Shown here: in pieces, positions 62,366-64,000 of the stretch
Layout of the letters: each line of letters opens with the position of its first letter
Position numbering within the stretch: the first letter of the stretch is position 1
Origin: Minisyncoccota bacterium
GTDB taxonomy: Bacteria > Patescibacteriota > Minisyncoccia > Phycocordibacterales > UBA9973
Length of the DNA stretch: 64,000 nucleotides
Assembly (NCBI GenBank): GCA_041675085.1
Contig: JBAYUN010000003.1
Coordinates: 28,798 to 92,797 of the forward strand
Direction: 5' to 3'
Position numbers and translations under genes: made by a program
Notes under the pieces: generated by a model
Seen by the model: only the letters and a program-made list of their open reading frames with translations
Databases searched by the model: none
What the model was told of the DNA's origin: nothing

Positions 62366-64000
62366 ATGAAAGAATACAATCATTTAAAGATAGAAAAGCG
62401 TTGGCAAATAGAATGGGAGAAGAATAAGGTTTATAAGACCAATAATCCTGGAAAACAAAAAAAGATGTATGTTTTGGACATGTTCCCGTATCCGTCTGGA
62501 GCGGGGCTTCATGTTGGGCATCCGAGAGGATATATCGGTAGTGACGTGTATGCGCGTATGAAGAGAATGCAGAATTATAATGTCTTGCATCCTATGGGTT
62601 ATGACGCTTTCGGTTTACCTGCAGAGCAATACGCTATCGAGCACAAGATACATCCTCGTCGTGCAGTAGAAATAAACGTAAAAACTTTTGAGAAGCAATT
62701 GTCTTTTATGGGACTTTCTTATGATTGGGAAAGGAGAGTAAATACTACCGACCCTGAGTACTATAAATGGACACAATGGATTTTCCTACAACTTTATAAT
62801 TCTTGTTATGATACAAAGAAAAACAAAGCTGTACCTATCTCAAGTCTAGTAAAAATATTTGAAAAGTCTGGTAACAAAAACGTATCTATATATAATTCTT
62901 TTGATACTATTTTTACAGCTAAAGAATGGAGAGAATTTTCTGAAATAGAAAAACAAAAAATCTTGATGAATTATCGTCTGGCTTATGAAGCTGAAGCCGA
63001 GGTGAACTGGTGCCAAGTTTTGGGTACAGTGCTCGCTAATGATGAGATAGTCAATGATAAAGATGGACGCATGGTGTCTGAGCGTGGAGGTTATAAAGTA
63101 GAGAAGATAAAGATCAATCAATGGCTTATGCGTATTACGGCTTATGCGGATAGATTACTCTCGGGGCTCGATACTCTAGACTGGGCGAATTCTATTAAAG
63201 AAATTCAAAGAAATTGGATAGGGAAGAGCGTAGGTAGCGAGATTGATTTTCCTGTTAAATTAAACTCCCGGGGAGGACTGACCTCCCCAGATGGGGAGGT
63301 CAGTCCTCCCCAGATACGTGTTTTCACTACTCGCGCAGATACTATTTTTATGGCGACTTATGTAGTGCTAGCTCCGGAGCATGATCTAATATTTCAATTG
63401 AAAGACAAGATAGAGAATTGGGGAGAGGTTTTGAGTTATGTAGAGAAAGCAAAAAGTAAAGAAGATATAGATCGTACTCGTGAAGATAAAGAAAAAACAG
63501 GAGTAGAGCTCAAAGGTATAAGAGCTATTAATCCTGCAAACAATGAAGAGCTACCTGTTTGGATAGCGGACTATGTATTGGCTCATTATGGTACTGGAGC
63601 TATTATGGCTGTGCCTATGCACGACGAACGTGATCGAGATTTTGCTAATACTTATAAATTGAAAATTACAGATTTACCATTAGTGGATGCAAAAGAAATT
63701 ACACAAAAAGTAGGAGGACAATTAGTAAGTAAATATAAAATGCGTGATGCGATATTTGCACGTCAGAGATATTGGGGTGAACCTATTCCTCTGTATCGAG
63801 ATAAAAAAGGAATACTTCATGAAGTCAAAAAACTCCCTCTAGAATTACCAAAAGTAAAATCATACGAACCTACAGGGCTCGCTGAAGGGCCTTTGGCAGG
63901 AGTAAAGTCTTGGGTCTCGTCTGGATATGAGACGAATACTATGCCGGGTTGGGCGGGATCATCTTTCTATTTCTTGCGTTATATGGATCCTAAAAATAGT
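62366..64000 (+). CDS. leuS: leucyl-tRNA synthetase, N-terminal part (continues beyond window end)
   Basis: MKEYNHLKIEKRWQIEWEKNKVYKT..MFPYPSGAGLHVGHPRGY (HIGH motif), HPMGYDAFGLPAE, RVFTTRADTIFMATYVVLAPEH, DERDRDFA. Not in the ORF track because there is no stop in the window. Confidence 0.9.
   Translation, partial: MKEYNHLKIEKRWQIEWEKNKVYKTNNPGKQKKMYVLDMFPYPSGAGLHVGHPRGYIGSDVYARMKRMQNYNVLHPMGYDAFGLPAEQYAIEHKIHPRRAVEINVKTFEKQLSFMGLSYDWERRVNTTDPEYYKWTQWIFLQLYNSCYDTKKNKAVPISSLVKIFEKSGNKNVSIYNSFDTIFTAKEWREFSEIEKQKILMNYRLAYEAEAEVNWCQVLGTVLANDEIVNDKDGRMVSERGGYKVEKIKINQWLMRITAYADRLLSGLDTLDWANSIKEIQRNWIGKSVGSEIDFPVKLNSRGGLTSPDGEVSPPQIRVFTTRADTIFMATYVVLAPEHDLIFQLKDKIENWGEVLSYVEKAKSKEDIDRTREDKEKTGVELKGIRAINPANNEELPVWIADYVLAHYGTGAIMAVPMHDERDRDFANTYKLKITDLPLVDAKEITQKVGGQLVSKYKMRDAIFARQRYWGEPIPLYRDKKGILHEVKKLPLELPKVKSYEPTGLAEGPLAGVKSWVSSGYETNTMPGWAGSSFYFLRYMDPKNS
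63270..63311. repeat. perfect 19-bp GC-rich palindrome inside leuS
   Basis: GGGGAGGACTGACCTCCCC-agat-GGGGAGGTCAGTCCTCCCC. In frame, it encodes ..RGGLTSPDGEVSPPQ.. between the conserved FPV and RVFTTR blocks. Confidence 0.6.

Noticed and set aside
1-64000. CRISPR arrays, tRNA or rRNA genes
   Set aside because: No spacer-repeat periodicity was seen. The intergenic regions examined (listed in the features) contain promoters, terminators, riboswitches or the repeats described. None shows tRNA cloverleaf anchors (GTTC..A..CCA ends) or rRNA-like conserved blocks.
1-64000. Alternative genetic code (UGA=Gly, as in some CPR lineages)
   Set aside because: Long conserved genes (dnaE, hisS, leuS, both metK copies, the giant genes) are intact under the standard code, with TAA/TAG/TGA all terminating sensibly. 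No in-frame TGA is needed to restore any family alignment.

Overview
This is an AT-rich bacterial chromosomal window read with the standard genetic code: the ORFs are long and intact and stops are mostly TAA. The gene content suggests a small-genome, Gram-positive-like organism of the Patescibacteria/CPR type, though that placement is inference. The window carries two giant repeat-rich surface proteins, a lamin-tail-domain protein, a split transketolase, a compact 311-aa MetK, and little metabolism beyond a pentose-phosphate cluster. Housekeeping core genes identified: fmt (partial), def, hisS, lepB, pth, dnaE, gap, rpiB, rpe, tkt N and C halves, a PfkB kinase, phr, a Pif1-like helicase, ychF and leuS (partial). 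Accessory content of interest: (1) an IS200/RAYT-like Y1 transposase bracketed by GC-rich REP-like hairpins. (2) A conserved ~68-nt core element present twice, each time inside a different long AT-rich palindrome sitting at a terminator position. (3) A cell-surface locus at 35.6-41.7 kb: two paralogous secreted Fn3 proteins with a WxL-like C-terminal domain, a DUF916-like C-terminally anchored protein, a dockerin-bearing secreted protein and two membrane-anchored cohesin-like proteins. (4) Two SAM-I riboswitch plus metK modules, 75-80% related, bracketing a ~6.7 kb accessory island. That island holds a Dam-like MTase, a HEPN-motif protein, a PD-(D/E)xK nuclease candidate and a second N6/N4 MTase (a DpnII/MboI-like two-methylase architecture with one extra gene), plus DUF45, PhnA, Zn-ribbon and DUF2892 genes. 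(5) A Fic-MGMT-like two-gene operon driven by a consensus promoter overlapped by nested palindromes. (6) Several repeat structures: tandem ~140-bp promoter/terminator units, a 58-nt leader repeated upstream of two adjacent genes, ~40-nt direct repeats copying the dnaE 3' end around a small cargo gene, 21-nt coding heptad repeats, and a perfect 19-bp GC palindrome in-frame in leuS. No rRNA, tRNA or CRISPR array was seen.
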